A DNA stretch of 64,000 bases from Pirellulales bacterium (lineage in GTDB: Bacteria; Planctomycetota; Planctomycetia; Pirellulales; UBA1268). Where the stretch lies: positions 28,311 through 92,310 of the forward strand of contig JADHSL010000001.1 of the NCBI GenBank assembly GCA_016776925.1, read 5' to 3'. A program made the position numbers and the translations under genes. The notes below the pieces were generated by a model, which saw nothing but the letters and a program-made list of their open reading frames with translations, was not told the origin of the DNA and did not search any database. Position 1 is the first letter of the stretch. The number at the start of each line of letters is the position of its first letter. Positions 10,426-19,545 of the stretch are shown here, in pieces.

Positions 10426-11150
10426 CGTAATACTTGCTCAAAAAAAGATGTGACTCGAGAGTTTTTTGAGTTTTCAAATACAGTTTTAGAGGGCCCATGC
10501 GACAAGACTTTACCGTCGCCTATAAAGGCAACTTCGTCAGCCACTCGACGAGCAAAGTTCATCGCGTGAGTGACAAGGACGAAATCAGTTCCGGAGTCTT
10601 TAAGGCCCTCAATCATATCAAGTACTTCAGCAGTCATCTCTGGGTCTAGGGCGGAAGTCGGCTCGTCAAGAAAGAGCCGCTTTGGTCTCACAACCATCGC
10701 ACGAAGTATTGCTATTCTCTGGTTTTGGCCACCAGAAAGTTCCGCTGGCCGTTTGTCAGCATGTTCATGAAGCTGGAATCGTCTCAAGGGCTCTTCAACT
10801 CTCGCTATGGCGTCATCACGACTGAATCCGTGGACGTGTACGAGTGGAAGGATTAGATTCTCACGAGCGGATAGGTGGGGAAAGAGGTTGTAGGATTGGA
10901 AAACTGTGCCAATGGTGCGACGATAGAGGCGAAGATTTGCTTCGTCCCGTTGCAGGACCGTTTCGTCGAATGTCACTGTCCCTCTGGTGGGTATGTCGAG
11001 GCCTGCGAGGATTCGAAGGAGCGTGGATTTTCCACCACCTGATGGGCCGACAAGGACGAGCGAGTTCACCATCCCGGTCTCGATTGATAGTTTGTCGAGA
11101 ACTCGCGTGGTGCCAAACGTCTGAGTGAGATCTTTTATGGTGAGCCGCAT
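10422..11150 (-). CDS. polar amino-acid ABC transporter ATP-binding protein
   Basis: Walker A GPSGGGKST, signature LSGGQNQRIAILRA, Walker B RLFLDEPTSALD. GlnQ/HisP-like. Confidence 0.9.
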   Translation of the reverse strand: MRLTIKDLTQTFGTTRVLDKLSIETGMVNSLVLVGPSGGGKSTLLRILAGLDIPTRGTVTFDETVLQRDEANLRLYRRTIGTVFQSYNLFPHLSARENLILPLVHVHGFSRDDAIARVEEPLRRFQLHEHADKRPAELSGGQNQRIAILRAMVVRPKRLFLDEPTSALDPEMTAEVLDMIEGLKDSGTDFVLVTHAMNFARRVADEVAFIGDGKVLSHGPSKTVFENSKNSRVTSFFEQVLR

Positions 11151-11170
11151 GGTGTTGCTTGGGGTGCTAG

Positions 11171-12046
11171 TTATCGTTCGTAACTAAATGAAGATTCGAG
11201 CCACCGGGCGGTAGCGGATAGCGGTAAAGTGAGCATTAAATAGCCAATCGCAAGAGGTACGTAACTCTCAAGTGTTGAGTATGTAAAAGAATTTACTTCA
11301 CGAGCATTAAGTGTGAACTCGGAGATGGCAATAACAGAGAGAAGAGAAGAATCTTTAATAAGAGACACGAGTTGACCTGCTATAGCAGGCAAGACAAGGC
11401 GCACAGCCTGAGGCAGGATAACAAGCCGAAATGATTGCCATTGTGTCAGCCCAATCGCACGAGCCGAGTCTCGCTGTGTTTTGGGGATGGCATTGAGTCC
11501 GCCTCGAAAAATCTCAGCCATGTAAGCTCCGCTAAAAGCAGCGAGTACCAAGGTGCCCACCACAAAACGATTTTCGATGCCAACGGCATTAGCTATGACA
11601 TAAAATCCGAGGAGCAACTGAACGAGAAGCGGAGTTCCCCGAATAATTTCAACATAGATCCTTCCGGTTGCCTCGATAAGAGGATTTCGAGCACCCAGGA
11701 ACAGCGCCACAACAAGCCCAATTGCAACACTGAGTACTAAGGCTGCAAGACTCAGTCCGAGAGTCACAAGCCAACCGGAAATGAATTTCTGTCGGTATTC
11801 CCAGACCCCAGACCAGTTCCAGTCACCGGGTACCTGAAAGCAGGCAAGGACGAGCAGGCAGGTAACAGCCGTTGCAACAATGAGGTGAGCGAAAGATCGA
11901 GACATGCTTATAGCATAGAGCGTTCGGCTGGAAATATAGAGTAGTAATCCTGTTGCGGGTCTCTTTGCCGTCTCTGTGATGAAGCCAAAGGCTGCAAGGA
12001 GTCCCTTTTTTCGAACTATTGGAATCCTTGTTTTTACTTTTGTCAC
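11171..12046 (-). CDS. amino-acid ABC transporter permease (HisM/GlnP type)
   Basis: Permease core with ARAIGLTQWQSFRLVILPQA (EAA-type loop). The true start may be the internal ATG at 11905 (MSRSFAHLIV...). Confidence 0.85.
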   Translation of the reverse strand: MTKVKTRIPIVRKKGLLAAFGFITETAKRPATGLLLYISSRTLYAISMSRSFAHLIVATAVTCLLVLACFQVPGDWNWSGVWEYRQKFISGWLVTLGLSLAALVLSVAIGLVVALFLGARNPLIEATGRIYVEIIRGTPLLVQLLLGFYVIANAVGIENRFVVGTLVLAAFSGAYMAEIFRGGLNAIPKTQRDSARAIGLTQWQSFRLVILPQAVRLVLPAIAGQLVSLIKDSSLLSVIAISEFTLNAREVNSFTYSTLESYVPLAIGYLMLTLPLSATARWLESSFSYER

Positions 12047-12082
12047 CCACTAGCGGACACAGAACAGACCACGAGCGTGCAT

Positions 12083-12895
12083 TCAGAAATAGAAAGGAAT
12101 GTTATTGGCTTTAAAATAACCCTTTTCCTCAGATAAAAACGTTTCTCCAAGTTTTTCAAAGCCACCTGCATCTTTAAATTCTTGCAGGAATTCATTGATT
12201 GACTGAAGCAGTGCGACGTCCTGTTTTCGAAGCCCAATGGCCCAGGTTTCCTGATGAAATGGATTGAGGATGGCTCGGGTTGTTTTTGGGTGGCGGCGGT
12301 GATGGCGGTAGACAGAAAGTGAGTCGTAAATGAAAGCATCTACTTTGCCTTGCATGACTTCAAGTACAGCAGCGGACTCCATGTCTAAGACAAATACGTT
12401 GGCATCTTTGAGCTGTTGAGCCGCGTATTTGTGAGCAGATGTTCCTAATTTTACAGCGATACGAACACCTGTTTTTGTTATGTCATCAGGTGACAGGATC
12501 GGCGAATTTCTTCCAACGAGAAGAGTGAGTCCAGTTTTCAAGTATGGGTTCGAGAAGGCGATTGCCTTGGCCCGCTCTGGCGTTGATGTCATGGATGAAA
12601 TAATACAGTCAATTGTACCTGTTCGAAGTGCTGGAATCAGACCATCGAACGCGATGTTTTCAATGATAATCGTACGTCCAAGATATTTTCCAAGTGATTT
12701 TGCCAGCTCCACACTGATGCCCTCTGGCCGGCCGGCTGTGTCAGTCATTTCAAATGGTGGATAAGAAAGTTCCATGCCAACCCGAAGAGCGGGTTGAGCT
12801 GCCTTAACTGTGTTTAGTGAAATTTCCTCAGTTGATGCGATTAGTGCGATGAGGATTCCAATCGCGTAATATATAGATAGTCCTTGTTTCCGCAT
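12083..12895 (-). CDS. amino-acid ABC transporter substrate-binding protein
   Basis: 270 aa with a signal-like N-terminus and a type-3 periplasmic binding protein pattern (LRVGMELSYPPFEM, DAFIYD). Confidence 0.85.
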   Translation of the reverse strand: MRKQGLSIYYAIGILIALIASTEEISLNTVKAAQPALRVGMELSYPPFEMTDTAGRPEGISVELAKSLGKYLGRTIIIENIAFDGLIPALRTGTIDCIISSMTSTPERAKAIAFSNPYLKTGLTLLVGRNSPILSPDDITKTGVRIAVKLGTSAHKYAAQQLKDANVFVLDMESAAVLEVMQGKVDAFIYDSLSVYRHHRRHPKTTRAILNPFHQETWAIGLRKQDVALLQSINEFLQEFKDAGGFEKLGETFLSEEKGYFKANNIPFYF

Positions 12896-13251
12896 GTGAT
12901 TGTCCAGGAGGCATTATTTAATTGTTTTTTTCAGTATATGAAACCAGAGAGCACTGTAGGAAGACACACGGCGGTTCGGCTAATGATAGATTTTTTGATG
13001 CTGGGAATACTCGATATTTCAGTCAGTGTACGTTCAGAGTCCGCTTTGGCGTCGGCTGCCCCACTTCTTCATTTGTTGGAAATGAAATTTGTGGTGATCT
13101 CATACGACGGCGATATTTCTTTCCCGGAGGGGATCAGGTCACAAGAAGTCCAAGTCCATTCATCCAAATCTCGAAAACGAGATATTGTCGCTGTGAAGGG
13201 CCGAAATAACCAGTGACACTGTTTTGATTAGTCGCCATCTGCGCCGCAATT

Positions 13252-14211
13252 TTATCTTCTGGTGGCTTGAGTGAATCCAGCCTCAATAAGATCTTGATAG
13301 CCGGGCTGTAACGCACGTGCGTCATAGCCATGAGATAATAGAATACGTGCTGCCTCAAGGCAGCGGCCGCCGGATAAACAGTGACAGTAGATAATTTGAT
13401 TACTAGGAAGTCGATTACGTAGTTTGTTCTCGGCAGTGGTTCGAAGTTCACTGAGGGGAAGAGACTGGGCACGAGATAGATGGCCACGAAACCATTCTTT
13501 TTGCTCACGAACATCTATGAGAATAGCATCTTGATTCATTACGTTGTGTTTGACCTCAGCAAGCGTGTCCTTCGTGTGGGTGTCGGCAAAGACAGAAGTG
13601 AATGCTCCAAGAAGGATCGCCAGTAGAAATCCTGTAATCTTGCATGCATTTTCGGAAGAACAAGATTGATTCCATGGCATCTTTGCAATGACCATCCCCA
13701 TTCCGCATGTGTCGGTGATGCCGGCAAAAACCAGACCTACTCCAATGAAGCCGGCAAGGCATAAGCCGGCAAGTTGGATCACATAGATTCCGCCGAATGC
13801 TGCCAAAAGAACACCAGCGAAGACAAGCAGTCCTGCTGAAATTCGGACCTGTCTTTCCAGAGATATTGATTTGCGGCCTCGAACAACAGGGAGCCCTGCG
13901 ACCTCGCAGGCGACGGTTCCTCCTTCAATATTAACGACGTTCTTGAAGCCAGCAGCAGACATGGCGTCGCAGGCCTTTTTACTGCGCCCTCCCGACTGGC
14001 AAATGAAGTACAGGAATCCGTCTTTGCCAGGACTCGAAGCCAGCGACGCTGTTTCGAGGCGATCAAGCGGTATGTTCTCCACATTCCGAACGTGAAGGGT
14101 ACTGAACTCCGCTGGTGTACGAACGTCAATAATCCTCATGGAGTCGTTGTTTTGAAAGCGGTTAAGAAGTTCTCGAGGGGAGATGTTTTCAGCCATATGC
14201 TCTTCCTTCAC
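13252..14211 (-). CDS. membrane rhodanese: rhodanese - DUF2892-like membrane hairpin - rhodanese
   Basis: The N-terminal rhodanese domain has active-site loop CQSGGRS. The central hydrophobic region (GFIGVGLVFAGITDTCGMG) is YgaP/DUF2892-like. The C-terminal rhodanese domain has loop CHCLSGGR. Confidence 0.8.
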   Translation of the reverse strand: MKEEHMAENISPRELLNRFQNNDSMRIIDVRTPAEFSTLHVRNVENIPLDRLETASLASSPGKDGFLYFICQSGGRSKKACDAMSAAGFKNVVNIEGGTVACEVAGLPVVRGRKSISLERQVRISAGLLVFAGVLLAAFGGIYVIQLAGLCLAGFIGVGLVFAGITDTCGMGMVIAKMPWNQSCSSENACKITGFLLAILLGAFTSVFADTHTKDTLAEVKHNVMNQDAILIDVREQKEWFRGHLSRAQSLPLSELRTTAENKLRNRLPSNQIIYCHCLSGGRCLEAARILLSHGYDARALQPGYQDLIEAGFTQATRR

Positions 14212-14500
14212 GTCGCACGTTCCGTTTGTGTGACAATGAAAACGTTGTAGATACGGAAGCCTAGTTCTGCTTCAGGATAGGCTTCTTGTACCCGTTTCGT
14301 ACAGTGCTCTATGAAGTCAACGTTATTTTGTCAAAATTCTAGAATAAGTAGTTGATGCCAAAATTCAATTTGTAATTTGTGAGGTGGTTTGGCTATCGAG
14401 GGGTGGTGGTTCTTGATTTATTCACTGGATTAAATCTGCCATCGCGCATTTTGCAAAAGACTTTCCAATTCTGTTTTGAGTAATAGCAAGGAATTCTTGA

Positions 14501-16186
14501 ATGGGTTCAGAAAAAAAAGGACACGATCGCCTGATGACGGAGCGATCGCAACTTGAAGAAGCTCAGGATGCCGGTATTGGACGTACACTGGCAACGTACA
14601 CGCGGCTGTCGGGACCTGGTTGGTTGCAATCAGCCATAACGCTCGGTGGTGGATCTCTGGCAGGATCGCTTTATTTGGGAGTCATTGGTGGCTATGAGTT
14701 CCTCTGGCTGCAGCCCCTCATGATGATTCTCGGGATCGTAATGCTTTCTGCAATTGCGTACGTGACCCTTTCGACTGGGAAGCGACCGTTTCAGGCTATG
14801 AATGAGCATGTTAGTCCGGTGCTCGGTTGGGGCTGGCTTCTTGCTGCAATGATGGCAAACCTTGTCTGGGCAATGCCCCAGTTTTCTTTGGGTACAGCAG
14901 CGCTTCAGCAGAATTTATTTCCACACTATCTTGCTGGTGATTCTGCAAAAGTTATTTGCGTTCTTGGTTTGTTTCTGATTGCAACGGCAGTGGTTTGGTT
15001 TTATGACTCACCAGGATGGGGAGTTCGTGTCTTTGAGTTATCTCTCAAAGCAATGGTTGGTCTTGTAGTGCTTAGTTTTTTTGGCGTTGTGGTAGCAATG
15101 TCCTGGAAAGGTGAGTTGGATTGGATGAGTATTGCGAAAGGTTTTGTGCCGGATCTCAGCCTTCTTTGGCGTCCTGTAACTGGACTGCATGGCTTTATTG
15201 ATGAATCGAGTGCTCGTGATTATTGGACCACCACAATTCTTCACGCGCAACGGGAACGAATGATAGCCGCTGCCGCTACTGCAGTGGGAATTAATATGAC
15301 GTTTTTGTTGCCATACTCGATGCTTCGGAAGGGCTGGGATCGTGCTTTTCGAGGACTTGCAGCTTTCGATCTTTCAACAGGCCTCTTTATTCCATTTCTT
15401 GTTGCAACAAGCTGTGTTGTGATTGCTGCTGCCAGCCAGTTTCATGCTCAGTTTGATGAAAGAATTATCAGTCAGCCTGCTGCTGATACTGCCGGTTCAT
15501 ATAGAGATAACCTTGAAAAAAGAGTCAGGGCGGAGTCCGGCTCAGAGGATCGTTCTGTCCTCAGTGAGTCAGAGATGAATGCAAAGATCGATGCTTTGCC
15601 GTCAGCAGATCGAAAGCTCGCATATATGCTTATCAAGAGAGATTCTCTCGATCTTGCAACTGCTTTAGAAAACCTGTTCGGGAAGGGTGGTCTTACACAA
15701 AAAGTTTTTGGTATTGGCGTTCTTGGGATGGCTATTTCAACGATAGTGATTTTGATGGTTATTAATGGATTCTGTGTTACTGAGATGACAGGGCGTGATA
15801 GTGACCGAGTTGTTCAGCGGCTCGGTGCACTATTTCCAGGTGTTGTTGGTGGTCTTGGATTCCTTGCCTTGTGGGGAGATGATCAGGCAAGGTTCTGGCT
15901 TGCGGTGCCTACAAGTAATTTTGGCATGGTGCTTTTACCAATTGCATACATCGCATTCTTTTTCATGATGAATAGCCCATCTTTGCTCGGTGATGCAATG
16001 CCCAGAGGTCTGTTACGAGTTGTTGTCAATGTCGTAATGCTTGTTGCGATTATTGCTGCGAGTATCGGCGCTGGCTTGAGCGTATGGGCGAACGTCGGTT
16101 GGATTGGTGTAGTCTTTGCAGCCGTATTTGTTGTGATTAGCGTAGTCAATGCGGGTTCAAAACGACCAGCATTGAAACAACACTAA
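14501..16186 (+). CDS. NRAMP-fold transporter, divergent (canonical metal site not conserved)
   Basis: 561 aa. TM1 aligns by eye with MntH (GPGWLQSAITLGGGSL versus GPAFIAAIGYIDPGNF; GYEFLW versus GYQLLW). About 11 hydrophobic spans. Confidence 0.65.
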   Translation: MGSEKKGHDRLMTERSQLEEAQDAGIGRTLATYTRLSGPGWLQSAITLGGGSLAGSLYLGVIGGYEFLWLQPLMMILGIVMLSAIAYVTLSTGKRPFQAMNEHVSPVLGWGWLLAAMMANLVWAMPQFSLGTAALQQNLFPHYLAGDSAKVICVLGLFLIATAVVWFYDSPGWGVRVFELSLKAMVGLVVLSFFGVVVAMSWKGELDWMSIAKGFVPDLSLLWRPVTGLHGFIDESSARDYWTTTILHAQRERMIAAAATAVGINMTFLLPYSMLRKGWDRAFRGLAAFDLSTGLFIPFLVATSCVVIAAASQFHAQFDERIISQPAADTAGSYRDNLEKRVRAESGSEDRSVLSESEMNAKIDALPSADRKLAYMLIKRDSLDLATALENLFGKGGLTQKVFGIGVLGMAISTIVILMVINGFCVTEMTGRDSDRVVQRLGALFPGVVGGLGFLALWGDDQARFWLAVPTSNFGMVLLPIAYIAFFFMMNSPSLLGDAMPRGLLRVVVNVVMLVAIIAASIGAGLSVWANVGWIGVVFAAVFVVISVVNAGSKRPALKQH

Positions 16187-16202
16187 CAGACTCTTTGATT
16201 TC

Positions 16203-16757
16203 ATGCCTTATGAGGACTCTCTTCCGCTGCTTGCATCTTTTCTGCTGCTTACAACTATTTTCATTTGGATCTGGCGATCAAGTGGGCAGTACCAATGGAT
16301 GATTGTGGCGATGCTGGCTTGTGGAGCAGGTTGCGGTGCGGCTGCGATTGATTTTTTTGTTCAGACTGATCGAGAGCAGGTGGAAATCCTGCTTCCCGTG
16401 CTTGCTCAGGCTGTTGAGAAAAAAGATCTCGAGACCCTTCTTGAAGCAATTGCCCCTGAAATACGACCGGTTCAGGAGCAGGCAGAGAAAGCTGTTTTGG
16501 AGATTAAGCCCAGGCAGGTACTCATAACACGTCTTGATGTAGATGTTCTGTATGGTCAGAGATTTCCGAAGGCAGTTGCTGATTTGCTTGTTCGAGTTAC
16601 GGGAAAATTTGTTGGGAGAGAGGAGGGGACTGCCATTGTCAGTGCCATGGTGACCCTGGAGAAACGCAAACGGTGGCTTGTAACAGAATGTATTGTGAAA
16701 CCGGCCGAGCTACTGAATAAAAGAAAAACAACACGGGCCGGACAGATCTTACGTTGA
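16203..16757 (+). CDS. hypothetical membrane protein
   Basis: 184-aa ORF with two N-terminal hydrophobic spans. It starts 17 nt after the transporter gene. Confidence 0.4.
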   Translation: MPYEDSLPLLASFLLLTTIFIWIWRSSGQYQWMIVAMLACGAGCGAAAIDFFVQTDREQVEILLPVLAQAVEKKDLETLLEAIAPEIRPVQEQAEKAVLEIKPRQVLITRLDVDVLYGQRFPKAVADLLVRVTGKFVGREEGTAIVSAMVTLEKRKRWLVTECIVKPAELLNKRKTTRAGQILR

Positions 16758-16770
16758 CCGCCGGCCCGTG
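16715..16770 (-). terminator. intrinsic terminator for the minus-strand gene 16793..17881
   Basis: CACGGGCCGG (16732-16741) pairs with CCGGCCCGTG (16761-16770). On the minus strand the hairpin is followed by TTGTTTTTCTTTT. It overlaps the 3' end of the convergent plus-strand CDS. Confidence 0.55.
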
Positions 16771-16792
16771 CCGCTACCAGTTGTTTCTTGAT

Positions 16793-17881
16793 CTATGAAT
16801 CTGATCGAAGCACATTCTCTAGACTAAATGTGGTATCGAATTCTTTACCTTGTTCCTCAACAATCTTTTTGTAATCACTAATCTGATTGCTGATTTCTTC
16901 GATCACGGCAGGCTTGTTGCTGAGATTAGGATTCGCCATGAGGCTCGCCTGTAACGCAGTGAGTCCTTCCTCGTACGCAGATTGTGCTGCCTCAAAATCG
17001 CCATCTTGGGCAGCTTGACTCGCTCGTTGTAGTGATTCACGTGCCCTTATGCCATCTGGTGTTGATGCAATTGTTGAGACTGCCATCCAGTAGTCGTAGT
17101 TAAGTACATCTCGACATGAGCTTATGCCACGATAGTTCTCTTTGGCATCGGACAGAACGATACACAGGTTTTCTGCTCGAGAGCGTAGAGGTTCGACAAG
17201 AGTACCTGCTGCAGTTCTCCAGGAAACTGAAGTAGCCTTCTCCGCAACTGCTGCGAGATCAGCCTGCTCTTCCGTTCTGCTCTCAGGGGCAATTTGTAGT
17301 GCGACCTGCTGCTCTTGCGGGAGCGACTGCACGCGAAGTGAGTGAATCATGTCCCGGGCTTCACCGAGCATGTCCGTAAGCTTCTCCTCAAGACGCACGA
17401 TACGTTGTTTTTCTGCCGAATGAATCCAGAGAGGCAACGATTTATTGTGAATCATAACAAAGCGAGTGGCGAGTTCCTTTCCTTCTTCTTGAACAGTTTT
17501 CCAGGCTGCCTGTGTTTCAGGACTAAACTCGCGATTGTTCTCGAGTTCATTCACCTTTCGTAATGCATTTAACATCGGCTGTGCTGCATCGATTAGTGGA
17601 ACGCCGACAGTATCGGAATCAAACCTGCTTGTAGGTGCGAAGCCCGCTATAGATTGCTTCATCAATGACTTGCTTGCTGAAGCGGTAGAAAGTACGGTGC
17701 TTGGCATCTGTGCAAAAGCATAGAGAAGCCCGGTTATTACCATGCAAATACCGAGAATTACTTCTTCGGTAAAAAGCACACGACTTGGATGTGTGAGCTC
17801 ATCAGTGACATCTTTGAGATTGTGTTCTGACTGAGGTGTAGGATTTTTTCGACTACCCAACCGAGATGTTGCGAAAAACAT
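16793..17881 (-). CDS. hypothetical membrane-anchored helical protein
   Basis: 362-aa ORF with one span (VILGICMVITGLLYAFA); the rest is helical and charged. No family recognised. Confidence 0.4.
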   Translation of the reverse strand: MFFATSRLGSRKNPTPQSEHNLKDVTDELTHPSRVLFTEEVILGICMVITGLLYAFAQMPSTVLSTASASKSLMKQSIAGFAPTSRFDSDTVGVPLIDAAQPMLNALRKVNELENNREFSPETQAAWKTVQEEGKELATRFVMIHNKSLPLWIHSAEKQRIVRLEEKLTDMLGEARDMIHSLRVQSLPQEQQVALQIAPESRTEEQADLAAVAEKATSVSWRTAAGTLVEPLRSRAENLCIVLSDAKENYRGISSCRDVLNYDYWMAVSTIASTPDGIRARESLQRASQAAQDGDFEAAQSAYEEGLTALQASLMANPNLSNKPAVIEEISNQISDYKKIVEEQGKEFDTTFSLENVLRSDS

Positions 17882-18218
17882 GTCAGGGACCCTTTCTGCT
17901 GGTATAAATCGCAGAGAGTGGAGATGGAGTGCTTCAAATAGGAAGCATGGTCAGCTCAACTCGCTACTTTTTTCACTCGATGGCCTGCCCCTGACTGCCG
18001 CCACCAAGTTCTTTCAATGAACGATAGGCACACTGATGAATCTCAAATCGGTAGAATGCTGAAAAATTTGAGTGTTCCTGTAAAATCCGAATGAAACTAA
18101 CAATTGCTTGCTAACCATCACGGTTTTTCAGATCAGACACTTAGGAAATATTCATTTTTTATGGACTGAAAAGTCAAAATATCAAGAAATATTGGGCAAT
18201 ACGACTTTCTTTCAATTC

Positions 18219-19280
18219 TCATGTTCTTGTCGGTTCATCGTTCGAGGTTTGAACAAGGTCATCGCGAAGTTCCCTTTTTGGACGCAGGGACTTTTCTTTA
18301 AGAACTGCGTGATAGCCACGAACGGCCTCTTCCGGCGAAAGTTCGTCATCGATAACTGCCCGAAGAAATTTGACAAAAGAGCGTTGGTCCTCTGCCGAAT
18401 TAATTTTTCTTCCAAAAATGGCAGCACGGGCACCGTATTTTTTTGCGTTTGCAGCTAGAGTGAATGCATCGCACGTTGTCCCAGAACTACCACCCAGAAT
18501 CCCAATTATGATATTTTTGTCGTAGGCTGCTAACTGTTCCATGACGGCAGGCCGGAGGTAGGGGATTTTCAGAAAGAGAGGTCTGTTTTTTCGTGGGATG
18601 CCCGCGAGACAGCGGACAGCTTGATCCGCAATGAAGCGATCAAGGTCAGGAATCTGACGACGACGTTCAAGACAGTTTGGGTAAAAGATTTCAAGAAAGT
18701 GTTTGAAGTTATTCTGTTCGGCATCGAGCCGAAAATTCTTATATGCATTAAGAATTGGTTGGTCGACGGAGGCTTGATCATTCAGGGTTAGGGAGAACAG
18801 TCCGAGATTTGCACCGGGGACAGTATCCGAACTGGGGGTGTCCGTCTTAGTTTTCAAAGGATTCCAGCCATACTGGGCTTCTTTGATCGTGCAGGTTGAA
18901 AAAGGTAGTGCGGGTTGTGTTGAATAGCTCCCAGTGCCAGCGGATAGCCAGATGTCTGTCGTGTCATTCATGCGGACTGCTGGAGTGACAGACGACGTCT
19001 CGAATAATTGCTTGTCGATTGTGAGTTGTGCATTGGTGTTTGCACTCATCAGCATGACGTCAATATGCCCATCAGCAACAATCCCGCAAATTTGTTCGCG
19101 GTAAAATTCCATTGTTCGGAAGAGGTTATCTTCAGCAACGTGATTCGAAAGTACGCCCGGTGCTGCCAGACCAAAAGCCATATCTGCATCTTTGGCATCG
19201 ACCAGAAGGAAATCACGACATGATGTGTTGGTGAGTATGCGAGCAATTCGTGTGTCCAGAGATTTTTGTTGTGTATTCAT
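18219..19280 (-). CDS. hypothetical protein, possibly an aldolase-like TIM-barrel sugar-phosphate enzyme
   Basis: 353 aa. The C-terminal GILGGSSGTT...AAIFGRKI resembles the phosphate-binding end of class-I aldolases (LacD/DhnA-like). It is divergent from a PfkB kinase gene. The function call is weak. Confidence 0.3.
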   Translation of the reverse strand: MNTQQKSLDTRIARILTNTSCRDFLLVDAKDADMAFGLAAPGVLSNHVAEDNLFRTMEFYREQICGIVADGHIDVMLMSANTNAQLTIDKQLFETSSVTPAVRMNDTTDIWLSAGTGSYSTQPALPFSTCTIKEAQYGWNPLKTKTDTPSSDTVPGANLGLFSLTLNDQASVDQPILNAYKNFRLDAEQNNFKHFLEIFYPNCLERRRQIPDLDRFIADQAVRCLAGIPRKNRPLFLKIPYLRPAVMEQLAAYDKNIIIGILGGSSGTTCDAFTLAANAKKYGARAAIFGRKINSAEDQRSFVKFLRAVIDDELSPEEAVRGYHAVLKEKSLRPKRELRDDLVQTSNDEPTRT

Positions 19281-19545
19281 GGCGTGGTGTGCGAATGAAT
19301 TAAATGAGGTTTATGGTTACTATCTCACTCATTCGTGTTCGGTAAGAACAGTCCTTTCATTGCGGTGTTTATTGAGAAGGGAAACGCGTTTGGTTTTACA
19401 AATTCCCCGTTTACAATCTAGCTTATTTTTGGCAAAAAGATTGTGGAGAGAGATGTTTTGGACCGATCCGGGGAGGTGGTTTTTCATTTCGAAGAAGTAA
19501 CTACGTGAACGTTTTCAGTCCGCGTAGCCTTTTAAAAGGAACATC

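Noticed and set aside
14287-14303. A TGTAC-N7-GTACA palindrome in the rhodanese/transporter intergenic region, resembling the islet GTACCCG motif
   Set aside because: Only a 5-bp inverted repeat and a 7-nt partial match are present. That is too short to distinguish from chance.
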